A stretch of DNA of 20,000 bases from IMG/VR virus record IMGVR_UViG_3300028844_005666. The stretch is one strand, 5' to 3'. Made by a program: the position numbers and the translations under genes. Every line of letters begins with the position of its first letter. Positions within the stretch are counted from its first letter, which is position 1. The notes below the pieces were generated by a model. The model was given only the letters and a program-made list of their open reading frames with translations. It had not been told where the DNA came from and ran no database searches. Source of the DNA: an uncultured virus (IMG/VR IMGVR_UViG_3300028844_005666). Its lineage: Duplodnaviria; Heunggongvirae; Uroviricota; Caudoviricetes. Positions 8,369 through 15,729 of the stretch are shown in pieces.

Positions 8369-9073
8369 CTAAAAAAAACTTTGCATACCCGTCAAACTCT
8401 CTTTATTTATATGCTTACAGTGAGTACATTCAAATTCATAATCAATATGAGCTTTTGGTATTGACTCATAATAATTATTCAAAGTTACGAATTGATCAGA
8501 GTTTAATTGATTTAAAAGGTCTCTTAAATCATCCTTATCAGTTTCTGTAACATCAATAATTTCACCGTTATTTTGAATTTGAGCAATAGTGTTAGTGAAT
8601 ATCTCAATAACATTATCAACTTCGCTTCTTTCTTCTTTAAAAGAATGTAGCATATCAATTTTAGGAGGATGCATAACAAAAACTAATTCATCACTTATAA
8701 CAATTTCAGGTTTGAACTCTTCGTTTTCTTGAACATACACAGTATCAAGTTGTATCTCTATTTGATTGTCACCTTCACATTTATTACATTTTATCGTAAC
8801 ATTAACTGATTCACCAACTGATTTAGATCTTATCTTAGTAAAAAGATACTCAATATCATAAAAAGTTAAATTTTCAGCATCTAAACCTGTACATGAACTA
8901 ATAATATTTTTCATAGCTGTAGCCATTTGAACTGAGTCTTTTGATTCAGCTGCAACAAGAAGTATTTTTTCTTCAGCTACTCTAAAAGGTCTATATGTAA
9001 ATTTTTCTTTAGATGAAGGAACTACATCGCTGTACTCTGGCTGAGCAAGCTTAATATTTTTTATCGCGCCCAT
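8369..9073 (-). CDS. gp26: Baseplate hub assembly chaperone gp26
   Basis: PSSKEKFTYRPFRVAEEKILL, LTFYDIEYLFTKIRSKSVGE, two CxxC pairs (CNKC, CTHC) and a terminal GMQSFF. Confidence 0.92.
   Translation of the reverse strand: MGAIKNIKLAQPEYSDVVPSSKEKFTYRPFRVAEEKILLVAAESKDSVQMATAMKNIISSCTGLDAENLTFYDIEYLFTKIRSKSVGESVNVTIKCNKCEGDNQIEIQLDTVYVQENEEFKPEIVISDELVFVMHPPKIDMLHSFKEERSEVDNVIEIFTNTIAQIQNNGEIIDVTETDKDDLRDLLNQLNSDQFVTLNNYYESIPKAHIDYEFECTHCKHINKESLTGMQSFF
8371..8378 (-). other. Candidate -1 frameshift slippery site (U8: AGU UUU UUU UAG)
   Basis: A8 run on + strand immediately before the gp26 stop. The -1 frame continues without a stop into gp51. Confidence 0.65.
8404..8411 (-). promoter_or_regulatory. 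Consensus T4 late promoter box TATAAATA inside the 3' end of gp26
   Basis: Exact TATTTATA on + strand, upstream of gp51 and the tape measure. It could be a chance match in AT-rich coding DNA. Confidence 0.4.
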
Positions 9074-9080
9074 TTTTTCC

Positions 9081-9644
9081 TCATATTATATTTGTATAGT
9101 TTTTTATGAACTCTTTAAATTCATAACCATCTATATATACTCCAGTCTTAGATGTCTTAAGATAAGTAATATCTAAGGGAGTTAAATCATACAAAACCTT
9201 TTTAATATCAAGACTACTAGCAGTACTATCGCTATCAGTATAAATTCTTGTTATCGATTTAGATAATGTATCTATTTCATCACTATCAGTAAAGTCTTCT
9301 TTAAAGTAATGATGTTCTGTTTCAAAAGCTATATTATCACATTTAATAATATTTTCATGCTCGTCTTCTGAATCTCTTATTTTAGTCTTTAATGAACCAA
9401 CAGTAAGTTCTAATATTTTACCAAATGTATATTGAATTACAATATTTGATTGAATATGAATATTTTTTAAATCACTATTATTACCTACTATTTCTAAGAT
9501 ATAATCAGCAATAGTTTCTTTATCTAACTTAATAACAGTTAAAAACTTTTTATATTCTGAATAAGACATTCCTGTAATCCATATTTGATCAACATATGGA
9601 GATCTATGTATATCTACAGGAGTTCTCTTATAATTAATTTCCAT
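9081..9644 (-). CDS. Hypothetical protein, probable divergent gp26 paralog
   Basis: Likely start ATG 9644 (MEINYKR..., 187 aa); the longer ORF-track start overlaps the MscS-like gene. By eye, VIQYTFGKILELTVGS aligns to gp26 DIEYLFTKIRSKSVGE, and GMSYSEYKKFL aligns to PFRVAEEKILL. Confidence 0.55.
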   Translation of the reverse strand: MEINYKRTPVDIHRSPYVDQIWITGMSYSEYKKFLTVIKLDKETIADYILEIVGNNSDLKNIHIQSNIVIQYTFGKILELTVGSLKTKIRDSEDEHENIIKCDNIAFETEHHYFKEDFTDSDEIDTLSKSITRIYTDSDSTASSLDIKKVLYDLTPLDITYLKTSKTGVYIDGYEFKEFIKNYTNII

Positions 9645-10110
9645 CTTTAAACGCCTTATCAATTTTCTCTTGATTCTCTCTAATCTTTTCTGCATTAGAT
9701 TGAATAACAGCATCTTGAGATGCTTGAGAAGCTGCAATTAATTCTTTTATTCTTTTACCTTTAGTTGCATCACTATCTAGGTGTAAGTCTTTATTAATAA
9801 TCTTTTCTATTTTTTGAGTAGCTAATCTGTCATTCGCAATATATCTCCAGGTATAACCCTTTTCAGTATATACACCGAATACAGTTTGTGATAAACCTAT
9901 CTTAACAATTATAGCATCTTTACCATCTAGAATTATATGATCGCCCTCATTGAACGATTGATTACTTTTGAACGCCCAACCTTTGGCAGCGTTCGTAGCG
10001 AAGTCTTTTAGCCATATCGCTATTATCACTGATGTGATAATACCTATCCATGGTAGTATAAAAGCAGTAATCTCTAGACTCATTGAGCTTATATTTCCAA
10101 TATTGTCCAT
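9634..10110 (-). CDS. Minimal MscS-family (small mechanosensitive channel-like) membrane protein
   Basis: One long hydrophobic helix, then LKDFATNAAKG (TM3-like), FNEGDHIILDG...IVKIGLSQT and YIANDRL. These match the MscS beta-domain pattern (FxxGDxI...VxxIxxxxT...IPN). It ends in a coiled-coil tail. Confidence 0.7.
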   Translation of the reverse strand: MDNIGNISSMSLEITAFILPWIGIITSVIIAIWLKDFATNAAKGWAFKSNQSFNEGDHIILDGKDAIIVKIGLSQTVFGVYTEKGYTWRYIANDRLATQKIEKIINKDLHLDSDATKGKRIKELIAASQASQDAVIQSNAEKIRENQEKIDKAFKDGN

Positions 10111-10164
10111 GTCTTTTCTTTCTGTCTCTGTAGTTAGTTGTCGCTGTTACTGGTGTAACTCTCA

Positions 10165-10881
10165 TTATAAAGTCCTTGTATATTTTCTAAAATTAAAACT
10201 AATTGATATTCTTTGAACGTCACTATTGTTATAGTCGTAAGTAAGGTTTCCGATATTAGTAACATAAGCTTCTTCAAATCTATATTCAGCCATTTTTTTA
10301 GTTAATCCATAATCCCATTGTTGTACTTCTACTCTTCCTGTATATTCTTTGTAATAACCAACACCTTTAGTTTCAGGATCAAATACCATATTTTGCCATT
10401 CTTCAAAAAATCTTCTCTCTCTTAAATCTTCAGCACAATAATATTGTAATGTTAATTGAGGATGTACATGATTAAAACCAATCTGTCTTCTTTCTCCATA
10501 ATGTTTATGCTCAAAAGCTTCAACGTCTCTAGATGGAATCTCTGCACCCATACAAAATAAAGATAATTGTTCTCCTCTACCTATAAGATTTTGAAATATA
10601 AATCCTGAAATAGGTCTTCCTAATTTATTTGCAAATTTAGCTACTGATTGATTCGATATAAGATTTCTAATAGGCTGTGCAACATCAATATTAAGTCCTG
10701 GTGTACCAGTAAAAATACCAGGAATGTTTAAAGTAGAACTCCTACCACCAAATAAAGCTCCAATAAGCCCTCTTCCTTGACTAGTTTTTGCGTTAGGTAA
10801 ATATACATTTGCTATAAATTTATTACCTCTTGCTACTCCCGTGTCGTTAAAAATAGACGTTTTCATTAATTGTAAGCTCAT
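10165..10881 (-). CDS. gp54: Baseplate tail-tube initiator gp54 (gp19-like fold)
   Basis: GVARGNKF, LFCMGAEIPSR, ERRFFEEWQNMVF and ISISFNFRKY motifs. Start set at ATG 10881 (ATGA overlap with the gp2 stop). Confidence 0.8.
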   Translation of the reverse strand: MSLQLMKTSIFNDTGVARGNKFIANVYLPNAKTSQGRGLIGALFGGRSSTLNIPGIFTGTPGLNIDVAQPIRNLISNQSVAKFANKLGRPISGFIFQNLIGRGEQLSLFCMGAEIPSRDVEAFEHKHYGERRQIGFNHVHPQLTLQYYCAEDLRERRFFEEWQNMVFDPETKGVGYYKEYTGRVEVQQWDYGLTKKMAEYRFEEAYVTNIGNLTYDYNNSDVQRISISFNFRKYTRTL

Positions 10882-11498
10882 GTACGTGCCTTTCTCCAAA
10901 CCTGTTGTACCGTCGACTTTTCAAAAGCTTCGAAAGGTAACTGTATTACAATTTCCCATTCTTGTCTAGGTATAACTGACATTTGGCTAACCATTTGACT
11001 ACTCAAATATCTTTTACATGCATGTTGTAAATATTGACTCTGTTGTAATTTTCTAGCAATTTTATCTAATGCTACTCTTCTTGTCCAACCAACTTCAATT
11101 AATATATCTGCTCTTATTTTTGGAGGTAAATAATGCATGTTAATTCCATACCACCCATCTCTAGTTCTTTCTAATAATATAATTAAAGGTTGAGTATCAT
11201 AATATGGTAATCTTTTTTTCCATTTAGGGTCATATTGATACATGACCATACTACCTATTCTTGGTCTTTCAACAGTCTTAAACCCATTTGATACTCTATC
11301 AAACCCTTTATTCCTACTATCTTTTCTTAATCTATTTCTAAACCAATCAATAGATTCTTTTGTTCCTCTAGAAATATTTGCTTTTCTAGCTAAATTTTTA
11401 TACTTATCGACTATAATATTTTTATCTAGAGGTTTTTGAGCCTCATCAATACGATTACTTCGACGGGTTTGCTGCAATGTTATACGTTTTTCGGCCAT
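10878..11498 (-). CDS. gp2: DNA end protector protein gp2
   Basis: SIDWFR, GSMVMYQYDPKWKKRLPYYDTQPL, GINMHYLPPKIR, KRYL, EWEIVIQLP and VW signature. Confidence 0.93.
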   Translation of the reverse strand: MAEKRITLQQTRRSNRIDEAQKPLDKNIIVDKYKNLARKANISRGTKESIDWFRNRLRKDSRNKGFDRVSNGFKTVERPRIGSMVMYQYDPKWKKRLPYYDTQPLIILLERTRDGWYGINMHYLPPKIRADILIEVGWTRRVALDKIARKLQQSQYLQHACKRYLSSQMVSQMSVIPRQEWEIVIQLPFEAFEKSTVQQVWRKART

Positions 11499-11506
11499 TT
11501 CAATCC

Positions 11507-11530
11507 TATAAATATTATAACTTATTTAAT
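11507..11530. promoter_or_regulatory. Divergent late-promoter boxes: TATAAATA (+, 11507-11514) and ATTAAATA (-, 11523-11530)
   Basis: Exact consensus on + ahead of the 11550 ORF, and a variant on - ahead of gp2, at the strand switch point. Confidence 0.6.
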
Positions 11531-11549
11531 CGAATAGGAGATAGTTATT

Positions 11550-11720
11550 ATGGAGCAATACATGTATTCTAAAGCAGCTCTAGGAGCAGCACAAAAAGCA
11601 TGGAATAAACTATCTAATCTTATAGACAGTAAACCTATGCTATTTAAACACCAGATGGAATTTAAGACTTTCTATGATGAGTTATGTAGAAAGATTCTAT
11701 CAGATAAAGAGCAGGATTAA
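11550..11720 (+). CDS. Small hypothetical protein (56 aa)
   Basis: Manual translation MEQYMYSKAALGAAQKAWNKLSNLIDSKPMLFKHQMEFKTFYDELCRKILSDKEQD. AGGAG SD upstream; alternative ATG at 11562 with GGAG. TAATG coupling to the next gene. Confidence 0.75.
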   Translation: MEQYMYSKAALGAAQKAWNKLSNLIDSKPMLFKHQMEFKTFYDELCRKILSDKEQD

Positions 11721-11962
11721 TGCCAACATATAATTTTAGAAATAAAGAAACTGATAAAGAGTTTACAGAATTTTTTACTACGTTTACAGATTGTGAAAAA
11801 TATCTTGAAGAGAACCCACAAATACAAAAATTACTTACTACAGCAAAATTTATCAGTGGTGTAACTACTGAAGGTGGTAAGTTACCAGGTGGTTTTAAAG
11901 ATAGATTAAAAGAGATGAAGAAAAAGCATCCTAGAGCAAAAGGCGTAGATCACTTAATATGA
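11720..11962 (+). CDS. FmdB-like small protein, conserved T4-like phage type lacking the zinc cysteines
   Basis: MPTYNFRNKET...YLEENP...GFKDRLKEMKKKHP pattern. Confidence 0.7.
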   Translation: MPTYNFRNKETDKEFTEFFTTFTDCEKYLEENPQIQKLLTTAKFISGVTTEGGKLPGGFKDRLKEMKKKHPRAKGVDHLI

Positions 11963-13098
11963 GTATGTTAATTAAGAAAGATAATGAGTTTCTAACTAAT
12001 ATGTTAGAAGGTCTTAGAGAAAAGGTTGAGCTAGCCGACGAATCAGCAGCAATTATAGATTTTACTTTACCTACCCCTAAAGAGATATACGATTATCTAA
12101 ACGAGTATGTAGTGGGTCAGGATAGAGCTAAAAAAGTTCTTTCAGTAGCAGCTCATAATCATTATAAAAGATTATTAATATACAGAGATACTAAGTTTCA
12201 AGATAGGTTAGATAAAACTAACGTTATGCTTATAGGTCCTACTGGTACTGGTAAAACTTATCTTGTAAAAAGATTAGCTGAGTTCATGAAAGTACCTTAT
12301 CACATTGCTGATGCTAATAGTTTAACTGCAGCAGGTTATGTAGGTAAAGACGTCGAAACTTTAGTAGATGGATTAATAGCTGCAGCTAACGGTGCGTTTG
12401 AAGCAGCAGGAACTGGTATTATTTTTATAGATGAGTTTGATAAGATAGCTAGAAGATGGAACGGTGGTAAGCAAAGAGATGTAGGCGGCGAAGGTGTACA
12501 GCAAGCATTACTTAAGCTTATGGAAGGTACTATGGTTGAAGTAGAACGCAACACTGGTCTAACTAGAATGAAGATACAAATTGATACTACTAATATATTC
12601 TTTATTGTAGGCGGCGCATTTGTAGGTCTTGAAGAAAATATAGGCAAGAGATTAAAAGTAGCACCTACTACTAATATTGGTGTAAATGCTGATATAAAAG
12701 AGCATGAATACAATTCTACTTTATTAAAATATTGTAGTCCTCAAGATATAGAAGAATATGGTTTTATTCCTGAATTAATAGGTAGAATACCTTTGACTGC
12801 ATCTTTAGATGAATTAACTATTCAAGATTTAATTTATATTCTTACTAAAGTAAAGAACAATCCAGTAGACCAATATACAAAGTTATTTGCAAAGTCCGAT
12901 GCAAAGCTAGAGTTTACTCAAGAAGGATTGGAAGCGATAGCTAAGTTGGCTAAAGATCAAAAAACTGGAGCGCGAGGACTTAAAACTATTATGGAGAATG
13001 TACTTTTAGATGCAATGTTTGAACTTAAAAGTACTACAGTAACTAATGATGACGTCAAAAAAATTCAATCATCTTTGGAAAGATATTCCGAAGATTAA
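11959..13098 (+). CDS. clpX: ClpX-like AAA+ unfoldase without the N-terminal zinc-binding domain
   Basis: PTPKEIYDYLNEYVVGQDRAKKVLSVA, Walker A GPTGTGKT, pore-1 GYVG, Walker B IIFIDEFDKI, RDVGGEGVQQALLK, IPELIGRIP and sensor-2 GARGL. Confidence 0.95.
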   Translation: MSMLIKKDNEFLTNMLEGLREKVELADESAAIIDFTLPTPKEIYDYLNEYVVGQDRAKKVLSVAAHNHYKRLLIYRDTKFQDRLDKTNVMLIGPTGTGKTYLVKRLAEFMKVPYHIADANSLTAAGYVGKDVETLVDGLIAAANGAFEAAGTGIIFIDEFDKIARRWNGGKQRDVGGEGVQQALLKLMEGTMVEVERNTGLTRMKIQIDTTNIFFIVGGAFVGLEENIGKRLKVAPTTNIGVNADIKEHEYNSTLLKYCSPQDIEEYGFIPELIGRIPLTASLDELTIQDLIYILTKVKNNPVDQYTKLFAKSDAKLEFTQEGLEAIAKLAKDQKTGARGLKTIMENVLLDAMFELKSTTVTNDDVKKIQSSLERYSED

Positions 13099-13726
13099 GC
13101 AAGTAAATAGTGAAGAAGGAAGATTATATGAAGTTAATGGAGAGAGTGCGTATCCTTCCATTACAACTGTCTTATCTAAAACTAAAGACAAAGGTCCACT
13201 TTTACGCTGGCGTAAAAGGGTTGGTGAGGAACACGCGAATAGAGTTACAATATCTGCTACAAGACGTGGCACGTCGATGCATAAGCTTTGTGAATCTTAC
13301 TTGTCAAATGAGGTTTTGGATCTTTCTGCTGACACTACTGGTGAGTTACTCTTTAGGAGTATACGTCCACAGTTAGATCATATTGATAATGTTAGGTGTT
13401 TAGAAACTCCTTTATTTTCTCATATACTAAAAGTAGCTGGTACTGTCGATTGTATTGCTGAATTAGATGGTAAGCTTACAGTTATAGATTTTAAAACTTC
13501 TACTAAACCTAAAAAGACTGAGTGGATAGAAGATTATTTTATGCAAGGTTGTTTTTACTTAATTGCATATAGAGAAATTACTCAAGAAATGCCAGAACAA
13601 ATAAGTATTTTAATATCAGTACAGGATGGTTCTATTCAAAACTTTACACTAACTAAAAAAGATATTATTCATTATACTAACATGTTAAAAGAAAGAATAG
13701 AGGAATATTATGGAAGCATTAATTAG
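13046..13726 (+). CDS. PD-(D/E)XK exonuclease (MGME1/Cas4-like superfamily), conserved in T4-like phages
   Basis: YPSITTVLS, RGTSMH, AGTVDCIAE, IDFKTS and YFMQ...Y motifs. Confidence 0.88.
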   Translation: MMTSKKFNHLWKDIPKIKQVNSEEGRLYEVNGESAYPSITTVLSKTKDKGPLLRWRKRVGEEHANRVTISATRRGTSMHKLCESYLSNEVLDLSADTTGELLFRSIRPQLDHIDNVRCLETPLFSHILKVAGTVDCIAELDGKLTVIDFKTSTKPKKTEWIEDYFMQGCFYLIAYREITQEMPEQISILISVQDGSIQNFTLTKKDIIHYTNMLKERIEEYYGSIN

Positions 13727-13931
13727 CCCTTCTGATATTGAAAAAGTAGCAACAGATATTGCTAATTTCGAAACAAAATCAGAATTAGGTATTCAGGATA
13801 AAATAAAGATCCTAACTATGACTAGAGACTATTATAGAGATAGGAACTTAACTTCAGTTGATCAATGGTTAGCTGGTTTATGTGATATAACTCTAGGAAG
13901 AATAAGGGAGAAGGGTTTTGAAGAAAATTAA
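13710..13931 (+). CDS. Hypothetical protein (73 aa)
   Basis: GAGG SD, with short overlaps to both neighbours in an operon. Confidence 0.7.
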   Translation: MEALISPSDIEKVATDIANFETKSELGIQDKIKILTMTRDYYRDRNLTSVDQWLAGLCDITLGRIREKGFEEN

Positions 13932-14157
13932 AGACTCAGATTTTGGAATGAATAGCAAATCATTTCCAGTACTTATCGAAGAAATGGTTAAAGATAGTAA
14001 ACTGTCTTATATTGATGCTACTCTAGAAGTATGTGATCAATATGATATTGATCCTAGAGACTGTAAGAGACTACTCAACAAAAGCATTAAAGAAAAAATT
14101 GAAAGAGATGCTTTAAATTCAAATCAACTAAAGTATAAAAAAAGAACACTAGTGTGA
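13918..14157 (+). CDS. gp33: Late promoter transcription co-activator gp33
   Basis: FPVLIEEMV...SYIDA...C....ID....RLLNKSIKEKIERDA signature; located upstream of gp59. Start could be TTG 13918 or ATG 13948. Confidence 0.88.
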   Translation: MKKIKDSDFGMNSKSFPVLIEEMVKDSKLSYIDATLEVCDQYDIDPRDCKRLLNKSIKEKIERDALNSNQLKYKKRTLV

Positions 14158-14753
14158 CGCGAACAGGTTATCAAGCTTATCAAATGTATTTGGCTTTACA
14201 GAGACATTTTAGCTCTAACTATGATTATTTCAAATATCAAGGTAAAGTTAATGCTAGTGTAGATGCATACAATAAACGAAGTGATTATTTTTCGTTTGAA
14301 AAGTTAGGTAAGATAGTACCACAAAAAGAATGGATGGTGTTCTTTGTAGCTCACTTTATTGATAAGCCAAATTGTTGGATAAGAGATATGGGTAAATCTG
14401 ATTATGAACTTTATAAAGCAAAGTTAAAAAACTTCCCTAAAACTTTTCAAGAAGAAATGGAATTTTTAGCTAGTCAATATTCACCTCCTGAATTAGTAGC
14501 TGTTAAAGATGATTTTCAAATACCTTTAATACATGATTTAGCTATAAAGAAAAAAATCAGTTTAGAGACTATAATATTAATAGACATGTTTTACTCATTT
14601 ATTGATAATCACGAAAAGTTAATTAAAGTACCTATGTTGTGGCCGCAGCATATTACTAAGGTAAAAAATTATTCACCTTTTGTGAAAAAATTCTTAAATA
14701 TTGAGTATTATAATGATATGGCTCTTGAAACTTTCAAGAGATACAAAACGTGA
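14154..14753 (+). CDS. gp59: Helicase loader gp59
   Basis: GYQAYQMYLALQRHF...YDYFKYQGK...KRSDYFSFEKL and ISLETIILID...KVKNYSPF; canonical gp33-gp59-gp32 order. Confidence 0.92.
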   Translation: MTRTGYQAYQMYLALQRHFSSNYDYFKYQGKVNASVDAYNKRSDYFSFEKLGKIVPQKEWMVFFVAHFIDKPNCWIRDMGKSDYELYKAKLKNFPKTFQEEMEFLASQYSPPELVAVKDDFQIPLIHDLAIKKKISLETIILIDMFYSFIDNHEKLIKVPMLWPQHITKVKNYSPFVKKFLNIEYYNDMALETFKRYKT

Positions 14754-14775
14754 AACAGAGAAACTGGAGAAGAAT

Positions 14776-15696
14776 ATGACGTTTGAAGACTATATGCAGA
14801 ACCGTAAGTCTGCTTTTGAAAAACTTACGACTAACCTTAAACAAGACCTTCAAGGCAATCAAGACAATAGAACTGACGACCGTATCTGGAAACCTAAAAT
14901 GGGTCAAGATGGTACTGGTTATGCAGTTATTAGATTGCTTCCAGGTAAAGACTCAAGTAAGACTCCTTGGGTAAGAATGTATGATCACGGCTTTCAAGGT
15001 CCTACTGGTAAATGGTATATTGAGAACTCTCTAACTACTATTGGTCAAAAAGATCCTGTAAGTGAGCATAATTCTGTACTATGGAATTCTGGTATTGAAT
15101 CTAATAAAGAAGTTGCTAGAAAGCAAAAGCGTAGAACTTCATACTATGCTAATGCTCTTGTACTTAAAGATCCTAATAATCCTCAAGCTGAGGGTTCAGT
15201 AAAGATCTTTAGATTTGGTCAGAAGATCTTTGATAAGATTATGGGTGTAATGCAACCTGAGTTTGCAGATGAGCAACCTATTAATCCTTTTGACTTAATT
15301 GAAGGTGCTAACTTTCGTATTAAGATTAAAATGGTTGCAGGTTACTGGAACTATGATTCATCTGAATTTGAAAAAGGTGCTCCTTTATCAGATGATGATA
15401 ATAAACTTAAGTCTGTATTCGAAGCTCAACATGACGTTCATGAGTTAATTGCGCCTGAGCAATTTAAAACTTATGAAGAGTTAGCTGCAAGGTTAAAAGA
15501 AGTAACTAATACTTCTACTGAACAACCTGTTCAAGAAGTAGCTAGTACTAGTCCTGTAACTGCTGAGTCATCTAAAAGTAGCGGTGAATGGAATGATGTT
15601 TTTGCGTCAGATACTGCAGTAAAAACTGAGTCTGCATCATCTGCTGATGATGATAACTTAGAAGATTACTTTAAGCAACTTGCTGAAGATAAGTAA
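14776..15696 (+). CDS. gp32: Single-stranded DNA-binding protein gp32
   Basis: DDRIWKP...GTGYAVIRLLP, HGFQGPTGKWYIENSLTTIGQKDPVSE, GANFRIKI, NYDSSEF and the acidic tail DDDNLEDYFKQLAED. True start is ATG 14776 with GGAG SD. Confidence 0.97.
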   Translation: MTFEDYMQNRKSAFEKLTTNLKQDLQGNQDNRTDDRIWKPKMGQDGTGYAVIRLLPGKDSSKTPWVRMYDHGFQGPTGKWYIENSLTTIGQKDPVSEHNSVLWNSGIESNKEVARKQKRRTSYYANALVLKDPNNPQAEGSVKIFRFGQKIFDKIMGVMQPEFADEQPINPFDLIEGANFRIKIKMVAGYWNYDSSEFEKGAPLSDDDNKLKSVFEAQHDVHELIAPEQFKTYEELAARLKEVTNTSTEQPVQEVASTSPVTAESSKSSGEWNDVFASDTAVKTESASSADDDNLEDYFKQLAEDK

Positions 15697-15703
15697 CTAC
15701 CAT

Positions 15704-15729
15704 AACGAGGAGCTAACGCTCCTCGTTTA
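15704..15729. terminator. Hairpin between convergent genes, probable bidirectional terminator
   Basis: Perfect 10-bp stem AACGAGGAGC-TAAC-GCTCCTCGTT between the gp32 stop and the stop of the 15727 ORF. U-tracts are short. Confidence 0.75.

Noticed and set aside
5810..8550. ORFs 5810-6136(-), 7068-7421, 7428-7643, 7896-8120 and 8350-8550(+)
   Set aside because: They lie antisense to gp4, the tape measure or gp26; their hydrophobic look reflects reverse-complemented Lys-rich codons.
9962..10165. 67-aa minus-strand ORF coupled by TAATG to the gp54 stop
   Set aside because: It overlaps the MscS-like gene out of frame by about 150 nt and has no recognisable motif. The coupling is suggestive, so it is not fully excluded, but it is unsupported.
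13046..13726. Cas4-like nuclease as a sign of a CRISPR system
   Set aside because: No repeat-spacer array or other cas gene is seen, and it lacks the Cas4 Fe-S cysteine pattern. It fits the ordinary T4-like exonuclease.
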